Assembly: GCF_000143415.4 (NCBI RefSeq)
Contig: NW_003314303.1
Coordinates: forward strand, 164,557-228,556
From: Selaginella moellendorffii
Lineage: Eukaryota > Plantae > Lycopodiophyta
Direction: 5' to 3'
Length of the DNA: 64,000 nt
Made by a program: the position numbers and the translations under genes. Under the pieces are notes generated by a model, which was given only the letters and a program-made list of their open reading frames with translations, had not been told where the DNA came from and did no database searches. This document shows positions 23,300 through 34,469 of this stretch, piece after piece. The stretch's first letter is position 1, and every line of letters starts with the position of its first letter.

Positions 23300-26200
23300 C
23301 CAAATAAAAATCACTTTTCTTCCTTATCAAGCTCCTCACCACCTTTCATCAAAGCCACCACCAATTCCCGCAACTTCCGCGTCCCATGTCTCCTTTCTTT
23401 CACCGGACAATCAGGACTCAAGGCTTTGGCGCTACTGGACTCGGGTGCAACTTCCTGCTTCATGGACACGGACTTTGCTGCCCGACATCACGTTCCTCTT
23501 TCTCCTACCATACGGGATCTGAGGGTTGAAGGCATCGGCGGGCATTTTGTGTCTCCATCTTCTGGACTTAGGGAAACGTTGCCCGTTCGAGTACACATCG
23601 GGTCCACCGTCACCGATATCGCCTTCAACATCATCAACAGCAAGTCTTCCTCTGTGGTGCTCGGTCTTCCTTGGTTCCAACTACATCAGCCTCAGATTTG
23701 TTGGAAGGACTTACAGCTCATCTCTCCCACATCACCATCTCCCACGGCTTCCCCTGGTGTTCATCGAGTCCGAATCAGGAAAAGTTCCCTAAACTCAAGT
23801 CGGGGTTCTGTTCCTGACTCTACGCAATTTTCATCCTCTTCTTTTTTCTCTCTTCCCTCTTACACTGGACAGTATCCTCGTCTCATCATTCCATTTAGTC
23901 GTACTCTTCCTCCTATCTCCACAATCACTATGAAAGAACTCCTTCATGAAGAACCTCTTTTTCTTTTTGCTTTGCATGTTTCTCCTGTCAGTCTTCCTGA
24001 GAAGTATCATGATTTTGGGGATGTGTTTGACAAGAAAAAAGCTAGTGTACTGCCTGTTCATCGGCCTTATGATTGTCCCATTGATTTACAGGAAGGAGCG
24101 TCACCTCCGTGGGGGCCTATCTACGGGTTATCCCCGTCCGAGCTTAAGGCCCTCAAAGAGTACGTGGATGAGAACCTTGCCTCGGGCTACATTCAGCATT
24201 CGCAGTCCCCGGCTGGAGCGCCTGTCTTCTTTGTCAAGAAGAAGGATGGGAGCTTGCGGCTAGTCATCGACTACCGAGGTTTGAACAAGGTGACTGTTCG
24301 GAACCGTTATCCGCTGCCCCTGATCTCGGACCTGTTGGAACGCCTCGGCGGTGCCCGCTTCTTCACCAAGATCGACCTCCGTGGAGCATACAACCTGATC
24401 CGGATCCGGCCTGGTGATGAATGGAAGACTGCGTTCCGAACCCGCTATGGCCACTTTGAGTACACTGTCATGCCATTTGGCTTGACAAATGCTCCAGCGG
24501 TTTTCCAACACATGGCGAACGACGTTTTTCGGGAGTTTCTTGATCAGATGGTGATCGTCTACCTCGATGACATCCTCATCTACTCAAAAACTCAGGAGGA
24601 GCATGACGAACATGTTCGCAAGGTGCTAGCGAAGCTGCGAGAACACGGCCTAGTATACGCGAAGCTTGAGAAATGTTCCTTTGATCAGCAGTCTATGGAG
24701 TTCCTTGGGTACATTGTCACTCCTAAGGGTATCACGATGGATCCTGCAAAAGTCAAGACTATTCTCGAATGGGAGCCTCCACAATCAATGTCGGACGTTC
24801 AGGTTTTCCTTGGCTTCGCCAACTTCTACCGCAAATTCATTGATCACTACTCTGACATTGTCCTTCCTCTCACACATCTCACTCGCAAGGATGTTCCCTT
24901 CTCTTGGTCTGCTGCTGCCCAGCAGGCTTTCGACACACTCAAGGCGGCCTTCAGTTCTGCTCCTGTCTTGATCCATGCTGATTCCTCACAACCTTTCTTC
25001 ATCGAGGCTGACGCCTCCGACTTTGCCATTGGTGCTGTGCTATCTCAACTCGGAGCGGATCACGAACTTCATCCGGTCGCTTTCCATTCTCGGAAATTCC
25101 AGCCTGCGGAGATCAATTACGAAATCCACGACAAGGAGCTTCTTGCCATCGTGGATTCCTTTGGAGAGTGGCGCCGTTTCTTGGAGGGGGCGAGCCATCA
25201 AACAACAGTCTGGACGGATCACAAAAATCTCGAGTACTTTGCCACTTCCCGAGTTTTAAGCCGTCGTCAAGCAAGGTGGGCACAATTCCTAAGTCGGTTT
25301 GACTTTGTTATCAAGTACAGACCTGGAAAGTTTCAAGGCCTTCCTGATGCTCTTTCAAGGCGCTCCTATCTCAGTCTCAGGCCTGGTAATCCTGCCTTCG
25401 ATCAACAGGATCAAGTTATCCTCGGTCCTGATCGGCTTCAAGTTATGGCAATTTCCCTGGCCCCTCAGGACTCCTCCTTGATGGATGCAATCAGAAACGA
25501 TCTTCAATCCGATGATCTCGCTAGCGACATTTTTCCCCATCTTCAGGCTGGACACCCAGTGACTCCCGACTGCCGGCGATTTGACGAGTTCGAGTTCTTA
25601 GATGGCTTATTGTACCGTGGGGAGCAACTTTACGTTCCTGAAGGTGATGCTCGAAGGTTGATCCTGATGGCGTGCCATGATAGCCCGACTGCTGGTCACT
25701 TCGGCATTGCGAAAACCTATGAGCTAGTTGCACGGGACTTTTGGTGGCCTCACATGGACGACTACATCAAAGCTTTTGTTACCTCCTGTGACACTTGTGC
25801 CCGGAATAAGGTACCTCGCCACCTTCCTTCAGGTTTGCTTCGTTCCCTTCCGGTCCCTTCAGGTCCTTGGGAATCCATCTCCATGGATTTCTTGAGTGAT
25901 CTTCCGAGTTCTGGAGGCTTCAACAGCATTTTAGTCGTGGTGGATCGCTTCACAAAGATGGCGCACTTCTTGCCATGTACCAAGGAGTTTTCGGGCGAGG
26001 ACATGGCAAAACTGGTATTCAGGGAAATTTTCCGACTTCATGGGATTCCTACAGATGTGGTTTCGGATCGGGGGCCTCAGTTCATCTCTCATTTCTGGCA
26101 ACGGTTTTTGCAGTTGCTTGGAGTGAAGGCCAACCTCTCTTTGGCATATCATCCTCAAACTGATGGGCAGTCCGAGCGAACGATTCAGACATTGGAACAA

Positions 26201-27028
26201 TTCTTGAGGTGCTTCATCAACTATCATCAGGATAACTGGTTCGATATCCTTCCCCTTGCTGAGTTCTCCTATAACAACTCTGTTCACTCCTCTCTTCGAG
26301 TTTCCCCCTTCTTTGCGAACTCTGGCCGAAATCCCCGATTCAATCTCTCACTTCCTTCTCCATCTGAATCCTCTCGTTCAAATCCCCGCTTTGAATCATT
26401 TCTCTCCAACCTTCAGGAAATCCACAACTCCATCTCCTTCCACCTCCATCGTGCTCAGGAATCTCATAAAACATTTGCCAATGTCCATCGTCAGGATTGT
26501 CCCCCTTACAATATCGGGGATAAAGTCTGGCTCCTCAGGCAAAATATCTCCACCACCAGGCCCTGTCCAAAACTCGATTTCAAACGCCTTGGTCCTTTCC
26601 CTATCATTGCCATCATTAATCCTGTCACTTATCGCCTTGCACTTCCCTCCTCATATCAAATTCACCCCGTTTTTCACTCCTCTCTCCTTGAGCCTTATAT
26701 TCCCAGTCCTATTCCAAATCGGGTCATTCCTCCGCCTCCACCAGTGCAGCTCGAGGATGGGTCTGAGTACGAGGTTCAGGACATCCTTGATTCCAAGATT
26801 TCACGATCTACACTCTACTATCTGGTGGACTGGAAGGGTTACGGACCTGAGGAACGCACTTGGGAACCTGCGGACAACCTGATTCATTCTCCTGACCTTG
26901 TTCAGGACTTCCACCGCCGCTATCCTTCTCATCCCAGTCCTCATTCTTTTTCTCCATCTCCCATCCCTCGCCGCTCATCTCATCCTCCTCTTCGTTCTCG
27001 TTCACATCCTCGTTCCACTCGTTCTTGA
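23258..27028 (+). CDS. pol: Pol polyprotein: protease, RT, RNase H, integrase, chromodomain (expressed as Gag-Pol; frame open from at least 23186)
   Basis: ALLDSGAT; VYLDDILI; EADASDFAIGAVL; HHCC zinc finger, ISMDF, VSDRGPQF, GQSERT; EYEVQDILDS...YLVDWKGYGPEERTWEP. Confidence 0.95.
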   Translation, partial: RPCPNRVGAVCLDSPNKNHFSSLSSSSPPFIKATTNSRNFRVPCLLSFTGQSGLKALALLDSGATSCFMDTDFAARHHVPLSPTIRDLRVEGIGGHFVSPSSGLRETLPVRVHIGSTVTDIAFNIINSKSSSVVLGLPWFQLHQPQICWKDLQLISPTSPSPTASPGVHRVRIRKSSLNSSRGSVPDSTQFSSSSFFSLPSYTGQYPRLIIPFSRTLPPISTITMKELLHEEPLFLFALHVSPVSLPEKYHDFGDVFDKKKASVLPVHRPYDCPIDLQEGASPPWGPIYGLSPSELKALKEYVDENLASGYIQHSQSPAGAPVFFVKKKDGSLRLVIDYRGLNKVTVRNRYPLPLISDLLERLGGARFFTKIDLRGAYNLIRIRPGDEWKTAFRTRYGHFEYTVMPFGLTNAPAVFQHMANDVFREFLDQMVIVYLDDILIYSKTQEEHDEHVRKVLAKLREHGLVYAKLEKCSFDQQSMEFLGYIVTPKGITMDPAKVKTILEWEPPQSMSDVQVFLGFANFYRKFIDHYSDIVLPLTHLTRKDVPFSWSAAAQQAFDTLKAAFSSAPVLIHADSSQPFFIEADASDFAIGAVLSQLGADHELHPVAFHSRKFQPAEINYEIHDKELLAIVDSFGEWRRFLEGASHQTTVWTDHKNLEYFATSRVLSRRQARWAQFLSRFDFVIKYRPGKFQGLPDALSRRSYLSLRPGNPAFDQQDQVILGPDRLQVMAISLAPQDSSLMDAIRNDLQSDDLASDIFPHLQAGHPVTPDCRRFDEFEFLDGLLYRGEQLYVPEGDARRLILMACHDSPTAGHFGIAKTYELVARDFWWPHMDDYIKAFVTSCDTCARNKVPRHLPSGLLRSLPVPSGPWESISMDFLSDLPSSGGFNSILVVVDRFTKMAHFLPCTKEFSGEDMAKLVFREIFRLHGIPTDVVSDRGPQFISHFWQRFLQLLGVKANLSLAYHPQTDGQSERTIQTLEQFLRCFINYHQDNWFDILPLAEFSYNNSVHSSLRVSPFFANSGRNPRFNLSLPSPSESSRSNPRFESFLSNLQEIHNSISFHLHRAQESHKTFANVHRQDCPPYNIGDKVWLLRQNISTTRPCPKLDFKRLGPFPIIAIINPVTYRLALPSSYQIHPVFHSSLLEPYIPSPIPNRVIPPPPPVQLEDGSEYEVQDILDSKISRSTLYYLVDWKGYGPEERTWEPADNLIHSPDLVQDFHRRYPSHPSPHSFSPSPIPRRSSHPPLRSRSHPRSTRS

Positions 27029-27039
27029 GGAGGGGGTGC

Positions 27040-27426
27040 TGTCAGGAATCCCCCAATTCTTGCTACATTCCTGACTCTCGCCGAATTCCTGACCTGCAGA
27101 CCACATTCCTGACTCTCGAGACACTTCTCTATTCCTGACTCTCGAGACACTTCCCTATTCCTGACTCTCGAGACACTTCCCGATTCCTGAGTCTCGAGCC
27201 ACATTCCTGATGATGATGTGGCGCCTCCTCGACCTCAGCTGTATTTAGGCTGTCCTCGATCCAAGAGTGGTGGAGCTTCATCAACCTATAGTATATATAG
27301 GTTAGCCTTGTTCCATTTCTCCACAATCTGAATCAACACCAGTCTAAGGCCTCTTCTTTGTTTTCACTAGCTTTTTCTCTTTGTCTTTAGCATTTTCCAG
27401 TCTTGATCTTGTTGGGGGTCTTGACA
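27040..27426 (+). repeat. 3' LTR of element C
   Basis: Near-identical to 21824-22210. Confidence 0.95.
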
Positions 27427-30400
27427 GCAATGGCCTTTGTATCTTTTGGCACCAATGGTTGAATTGGCGCCGTATATCCATGTTGATGTTGTCTTCCATG
27501 AAAGCTATTAACAAATTATTGTAGGAGCCAATGAAGATACCCACAATGCCTTGTTGTGTTATTAGGGACACAAGACGGACCTATAAAAGAACTAAGTGAA
27601 TGAAAAAAGTAATAAAAAATATGCTATTATCATATGGCATGTTGTCGATGAGAGTTCCTTCAACTCTTCACAAGCATCTCATCTAGCTGGAATGAAATTA
27701 CTACCAATAGTCATTGTTGCAAAAAACATGTATTACCACCTTCAGTTTGTAAAATTCACTTTTGCTTACCTCGAGATCGACGTGATATTCTATAAACCAC
27801 TTGATCATCATTATTTACAAGTAGAACCTGATCCGAATCTTGGTTGTTTGATGCTTGAACTAGAGCTTAATTTTGGTTATTTGGTGGTGGAACACGAACT
27901 TCATCTAGAGCTTCCTCATCCTTGTCTCTATTGTCACTTGTATTGCCATCATTGCTAGCATTGACAACTTCCTCATGATCTAATGTAGAAGTCTCCTTCC
28001 CTAGGAGCTCCAACTCCCAAAAGCATTCTATCTTCTGTGCCTTTGGAACTCTTACAAACATTGTTGGGTACATTCTTCCATCCCTTACACCCTTTGCAAC
28101 AAGTCAAGTGCAAACTAATGCCTCAAATGGCATGCCTTTATATTGAAGATACCTATAAACAATATATATTTAAAAAAGGTCTTAGCTGCACGTCGCATGA
28201 AATAAAGATTGACCATGTTAGCAATCATAAGTTGTTGTGCTTGTAGACTTCTTTGGTAGCCACCCTCTTCGATCCCTTCCAATGATGTATTGATGTAGGT
28301 GTCAAAAGACATAAATGTGCCATCTGGATTGTCACCAATGTATGGTGCCAAGAACTTCTCACCTTCATTTATAATTTGCATGATGTAGACAACCCTTCTC
28401 ATCATGTTCTCAAATAGTTCTAGCAGTCTTTTCTCTCTATTCATTAAGCAGATATTGAGAAACTCTAGAGTCTCTATTTATTGTTTATATGGAAGCTTCA
28501 ATTTTGCGATATTGTAAATCATGTCATCTGGAGTTTTATTCATTGCAAAAGTAACATATGCATAATTGAGAAAAATGAAGTGTGATAAAAAACTTATATT
28601 CATGAGAAGAAATTTCTGCTATAGTCTTTAGCCACTCCTTCAGCCTACGATTGTCTGCAATGCATACTAGTTTCTTCAACTTTGAAGACTTTGCATGTTG
28701 AATTTTATGCTCAATTTGTACGAACTCAGCTAAGAGCTCTTCCTGACTCTTCTCCGGATGTGCAAGTTTGTAAGCATTTTGCTTGACTTTCACCAAAGGC
28801 TAAAAACCAAAATAATTAAAAGAGGCCTTTATAAAATACATACCTTGCACCACACATCGAGCATAAAACTGATTGGGTTGTTGAACCAAGTTGTACCGTC
28901 ATTTCGAGTGCATGAGTGCCGAACAAGTGTTGCAAGATCATCATCATAATGTTGGCAGATGTCATCCTCACTCAAGTCTGCCAAAAATTGAAGTTGCTCG
29001 ATGTCATAGACAAAGTTTTGCTTTTGAACAGTGAAATGCCCAAGCCTACATTTAAACACAACAAAATAAGTTAAAGTGGAGTTAGAGGTAAAATTATAAA
29101 ACTTATGCATTGATCTTTTGGCAGGCCAAAATAAGTCTGTTAACATCCAAAGGTCCCCTCACGTAGATATGCCCAACTAGAACGTTGATATAGTAAATGG
29201 GATCATCACAAAAATGATCGTTGATACACTTCATCCAAGCCCCATATTAGTGGTTACTGTCAATAATTTGGAATATTGTCCCCACAAGTTGTCGAGTCTT
29301 AAGATGTCTGATAAGCATGTTATCAAATTCCAGGGATTTCCTCCTATAAATAAGATTCTAGCTATTCACAATCTCGGGTGTGATGGTAATTATCTCTGTT
29401 GTTCCTGGCTTGCAAAAAGAGACTAGAAACATACCAATATTTGTCACAAGGCCATTTTGTTTGAACAAGCTATATATATCCAGTTGACATACTTAGATGC
29501 TGTGTGGACAAGGTTCGTCTGCTACAAACGGTAAAGGGGGATTTCTTTGATCAAGTCACAAGGGCTTGGCCATTTGAGCACCTCAAGTGTTTGGTGAACT
29601 GCTTTTTCCCTTATTTCCCTAACAGTCTCTTGGAAGCACTTGTCCACCATGTTGTCAGGAAGGTTTGCAACTTTTCAGCTCCAGGCTGTTCCTTAGATTC
29701 ACTATCGTGAACACCACTAGATTGCCCAACTTCAAGGATTTATGCTAGTGGTGGGCCAGTGAGGAGTAAAGGTGGAGGTGGGGGTAGTGGTGGTGGCAGC
29801 GGGGGCAAATGCAATAGTGGCAGTGGTGGTGGTAGTGGCAGTGGCGATGGCGGTGGTGGAGGTGGTGATGGTGGTGGCGATGGCGGTGGTGATGGTGGAG
29901 GTGATGGTGGTGGAGGAGGTGGATCTTTAAATAAATGTGTCTTTGTTGATGTGCTAATGGACATGTTGATCGTGATGTCATTGTTAGTACCAAATTGAAC
30001 TTCTTGTGTCTTCTTGGCTCCAACAACCTTTTTATGTAATACAATTTTCCTTTTCTGCAAGAGAAAAAATTTTTTTAGTCAAACTATATAAAGATAATAA
30101 GAAATTCAAACAATCAAAGAGAGAAATTGAATAACTTTGGCCCCCTAGGCAACCAAAGTGCCCGAGATGGACTTTGAGCCCAGTTGACTTTTCTGCTCCG
30201 ACATATTTGGTTTTACATAAAACAAGAGTCTTCATAAACAAACACTAAATTGCATCACTAACTTAGATGCATTTGACAAAGATGATGCAATTGTTGGAAA
30301 GCATCATCATAATCATTAGTATGTCCAAATACACATTTGGAGACATTTGAAAAAATGGTTCAATTTGCATGAGTGGCTGCACTTAAACCATTATAACACT

Positions 30401-31741
30401 ACAATGTCATCCCTTAGAGATACATAGGAAACTCACATAAATGCCAAATATCATCCCAAGAATGATATGTGGTAATCACCATAAAGTGATCGAACTAATA
30501 GTACATATCATCTCTAGGATTCCTATGAAAAAATTTCAACCAAACATAAAGATTAGCAAAAAGAGTAAAAGGAGTTATATTATATGTTGTGAATGCCACT
30601 ATCAATTAAGTTTGATTGTTCAATTGCAACTATATAATATTGAGCAACTACACCAATTGCTACTCTAGAGTCAAAGGAGGAGGAGGTTGTTACTTTACCA
30701 TAAAGATGAATGAGAAGAAAAAAAGCAAAAGAAAAGAAATTGAAAAAGTTATAAAAAAAAGGAGATTTAAACAATGCAAAAGCTAGATCTAAACTAAAAT
30801 TTTAAATCCAAGCACTCCTTAGGGATAATCAAAATTGCTCCTTATTTTCACCAATATGAGTGCATAGAATATAGAAATGAAATATAAAAATGTACATATC
30901 AATTAGCCTAAAAACCCTAGCTTATACATAGGAGTAAATGGTTTGTATTGAAACCAATTCGATAGCTATCAAAATCTCACTATGTTAATATTAATATACC
31001 ACATACATAGCCATACATAGCTATACACTTAGACTTCACAAAGTAATTTTATACAAAATGAATAAATCTTAATTAGAAATTATCCAATAAATATTGACCA
31101 GCTATTTTTATAACTCCAAGAATGACAACTTTTACTTTCAAATTCAAATTTATAATATTTTTATGGCTAGAACTCTAACACACTTCATTGTTTCCTTTGC
31201 AAAAATAAGTTTTCTGTCACCCCTCTTTATCCCAATTAATCAAGAATCATGTTTCAAAATAAAAAATATATGTAAAAATGTTTTTGGCAAAAAAGTTATA
31301 GTCAATTGATAATTTGAACTTTCTGATGTTGAAATAACATTGTAATATATTGCGAATTTATTTAAAAAAGAGAAAAAAAATTCAACACAATCTTCAATGC
31401 TCCAAAAGTCTCTTTGATCTTGACTTATATACTTAAGAAAAGATTATTTATTATAAGTATTTTTTGTCTTTTAAAGTAATTTAAAGCACAAACAAAATGT
31501 TATCCTTTTCAACTTATTAAAACTTGATCATGAGAATTCCTTTTGCTCTAGCTCCATGAACCCTTGCTTACCTTTAGCAAGATTGTTGCCCAATATGCCT
31601 CCCTCCTTGCTTACCTTTAACAAGATTGTTGCACTATTTTTACACCCTAAAAAAACGGGCTTTTTGAAATCTCTCTCTCTCTGTTTTTTTTTTTTTTTGT
31701 AAACTCTCGTCCCAGGAACTAGTCGCAGTGATATGGCTTGG

Positions 31742-34003
31742 CTAATGCCAGCCTAGCACATTATCAAGGAAAGCAATACTAGCTATGGACAAAGGATATA
31801 ACGCGAGTACTGGGAGAGAGAGCCAAGAAGGAAAAGTCATTCTTGATCCCCCGAGCGCACCAACAAAGAATGTGGTGATCAGTATAGCCGTCACCTGAAA
31901 ACGAGCAAGCGTAAGGCGAGAGAAAAAGCTTTTGCAATCAAATCTTGCTACCTCGCTAGAGAAATCCCACGTCAACCCTCTCGTATACACCAAGCCAAGG
32001 AAAATTCCAAGGCAGCTGAAGCAAAGTCGATGTTAAGCGAGTTCGAAAGAAGCAAGGCAAAGATCTTACAGTGTATTGTTCATTGTCACCGCACCATAAA
32101 TCTGAGAAAATGTGAGCGAGATGTTTCTCTTCCGCTTCTTTTGTGCAAAGCTGATGCTGGAGACGAGCTCGCTCGCGTTAGACGCAAGTGGAGTGAACAC
32201 AAAGGCGATAAAGAAAGGAGGTATCTGTGATGCCTGTGCAAATCCATTGATGCTGTTGACAAGAGGATCTGCGAAAGCAGCCGCAAGCAAGCTCCCCGAG
32301 AGGAGATAGAGGATGGCTTCAACGTACAGCTTCGAGGATCCAGGTTGGCTTTTATCATCCTCCACCTCGTCAATATCCTGCTCGAGGAGCCGCAAGACCT
32401 GTCAAGAAAGGAAATGTTATCAAACGTTTCCTACAAGGCCACAATGAAGAACAAACCTTTTCTGCTTCTTCAGACTTGGCTGCCCAAAAGTTCGGCTCGT
32501 CCGAGGTTTCCAGTTGGTGTAACGCTCGTAAATGCTTCACTTTTGCGACTTGCACAGCCCACTTGTTCAGTCCCTCGACGAACTCATGTTGAGCAATGGA
32601 TTTGTTTGCGTCAACATCGAACTCCTTCAGCCAGTTGTCGATCAAATCGCGAGACATGGTGTCCCTGACAATAAGTGCTCAAAACAATGAGCGACAAAAG
32701 AAGGCGACTCATGTACCCGTTTGTTTCGATCCCAAGGCCGACCATGAACGCCTCCAGTTCATCTTTTTCGATTTTCCCGTCGGCATTCTTGTCGAAGCAA
32801 ATGAAAATGTTTTCCAGCTTTTCTCTCCCGAATGGCGCAAGCTTCTTTTCCTAATAAAAAATGAAATATAAATATACATAGTGATATCCAAGTGATATCC
32901 ATTAGTACCTTGCTCTCTCTGGACGAGTACGAGGATACTTTTTGTAAAACGCGAGTTTTGAGGAATCTAAGGCGTGCCTCATCAATCCTTTTTTGTTGCA
33001 ACCACGGAAACGCCACCTTCAGCCACAAAAGCAATTCAACGTCAAGAGCGTAAACGGAGTGTGCTTCAGCTTGCCTGGTATGCGCAATAAACAAAAAGTC
33101 CAACGCATGAGATTGCAGAACCAATGAAGGCAGCTTCTGGGCCTTCAGAGGGATGACCATCCAGTAGAGGAACTTGAGCACAAATGAGAGGAAGCGCAGA
33201 CGCGATCATAATCCAGGCACCCCATCTTTCAAAGTTTAGAAACACGGTCAATCCGGAGAGATCTTACGTGACCAAGTTACGTACCTTGTTTGCGTATCAA
33301 CCGTAACACCAGTATGGAAAAGATCGTACTTTTTCGTTAGCACTTCATCTTTCGCTGTTCCATCGGAAGAACTCAAATCACAGCGCCCAGCCAGAAGCGA
33401 TCCAGCCCATGCAAGCGTGAGGAGAAGCGTCGTGGAGCCTGCTAGGACGCCTACTCCAACCATCACCTCCTCCTGCGCCTGAAAAAAAGACCTGCTTCAC
33501 CAAGTTAGAGCTTACTCGAAAAAGCTATGGAGCTCAGAGTTTATCTCTTGAATGCTTCCCCCTGTACCAGATGCTAGAATCAACAATGTATCCGGAAGAG
33601 CTCCCAGAATCGGTAGAAGAAGACCACCAATCAGACCTGGATTCATCACCTGTAGAAACCGAGAATCTGTAAAAGCTAGCTATGGTTTTCGGGCTTTGTT
33701 TACCTCGAGAAGGACTTCACTGCCTTTGGAGATAAATCTCGCAGCTACGAGAAGTAAGCAACCAAAAGTGGCCATCAGGAAGAGGTTCCCGCCGATGTTA
33801 GACGAGCAAGGAAGGAAGCCATAGCTCTCCTCACAAAGGTTCTCACATTGAGGAGAAGCTTGGCTGCTTTGCTCCGGAACAGTGGCAGCGGCCATTGTGC
33901 TAGCAATCACTTCCTGCGCCGATTGAGAGGATTGAGTTGGATTTGGTGCCGCCAGCGCGCCGGGAGAGGATGAAAGCAGCAGTAGAGGCAGTGTTAAGTT
34001 CAT
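31742..34003 (-). CDS. NCL: Na+/Ca2+ exchanger-like EF-hand protein (NCL/EFCAX family), multi-exon
   Basis: CEESYGFLPCSSNIGGNLFL, GVGVLAGSTTLLLT, EF-hand FDVDANKSIAQHEF, PLASNASELVSS and YGAVTMNNTL spread over short-intron exons. Confidence 0.88.
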
Positions 34004-34469
34004 CACACTTTGATAGCTTCTCTAGTCAGAAAAGAAAAAAAGAAAGGAAGAAAAGAGTGAGCTCGCATAGCTAGAAATTAGAGAAGAAAATGAAAGACCT
34101 TGATCGCGAGAGAGCTCCATTCTCGCCGTGCAGCCTTGAAACCCTCTGCTCTGGAATGGAGTGAAAAGAAAACACCAAAACGATTGCCTTGCCTCGATCG
34201 GACGCATTTTCCAGGGAAATCTTTCCTGCATTGCAAGTAATGCACAGCTATGAGCAAGAGAATGGTCGATATTACCTAGCGCGCGCACTGTATAGACGCG
34301 TATGGCGCGCTTGGAACTCCGTGGGAACGAAGAGCGCCATAGCCTATCCGAGAATTTAACAAAATCCTAACACTATTTGAGTTATTTATTAGGGCTCATT
34401 ATCCAAAAATGAAATATTCATTTCGCCCTAAGCTTAAGCCCTAAATTTTGGGCGCAGTGGAGGAAAGGC

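Larger units (their letters stand above)
21824..27426 (+). mobile_element. Intact Ty3/gypsy chromovirus C (Tf1/sushi/Tcn1-like)
   Basis: 387-bp LTRs at 21824-22210 and 27040-27426 (two differences seen); TSD GCAAT at 21819-21823 and 27427-27431; PPT GAGGAGGGGG at 27027-27036; intact gag and pol. Confidence 0.97.
21364..30060 (-). pseudogene. 5' part of a spliced gene encoding Pro-rich + ParB/Srx-like + beta-class N4C/N6A DNA methyltransferase domains, interrupted by chromovirus C
   Basis: Poly-Pro tract at 29760-29930; FQIIDSNH*YGAW at ~29230-29275; helical middle exons with short introns; then GIFIGSYNNLL...RPLL|SVADFILFDFLDG (in frame across TSD GCAAT), ALMLEAGHVVFIL and ...SSTNIIPN, which joins 8674 in frame across TSD CCAAC. 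Several stops and frameshifts; true start not located. Confidence 0.7.

Noticed and set aside
29745-30044. His-rich and Gly-rich ORFs
   Set aside because: Alternative frames of the CCA/CCG poly-Pro tract of the ParB-MTase pseudogene.
30396-30410. CACTACAA as a possible CACTA terminus
   Set aside because: No matching inverted terminus, subterminal repeats or 3-bp TSD found.
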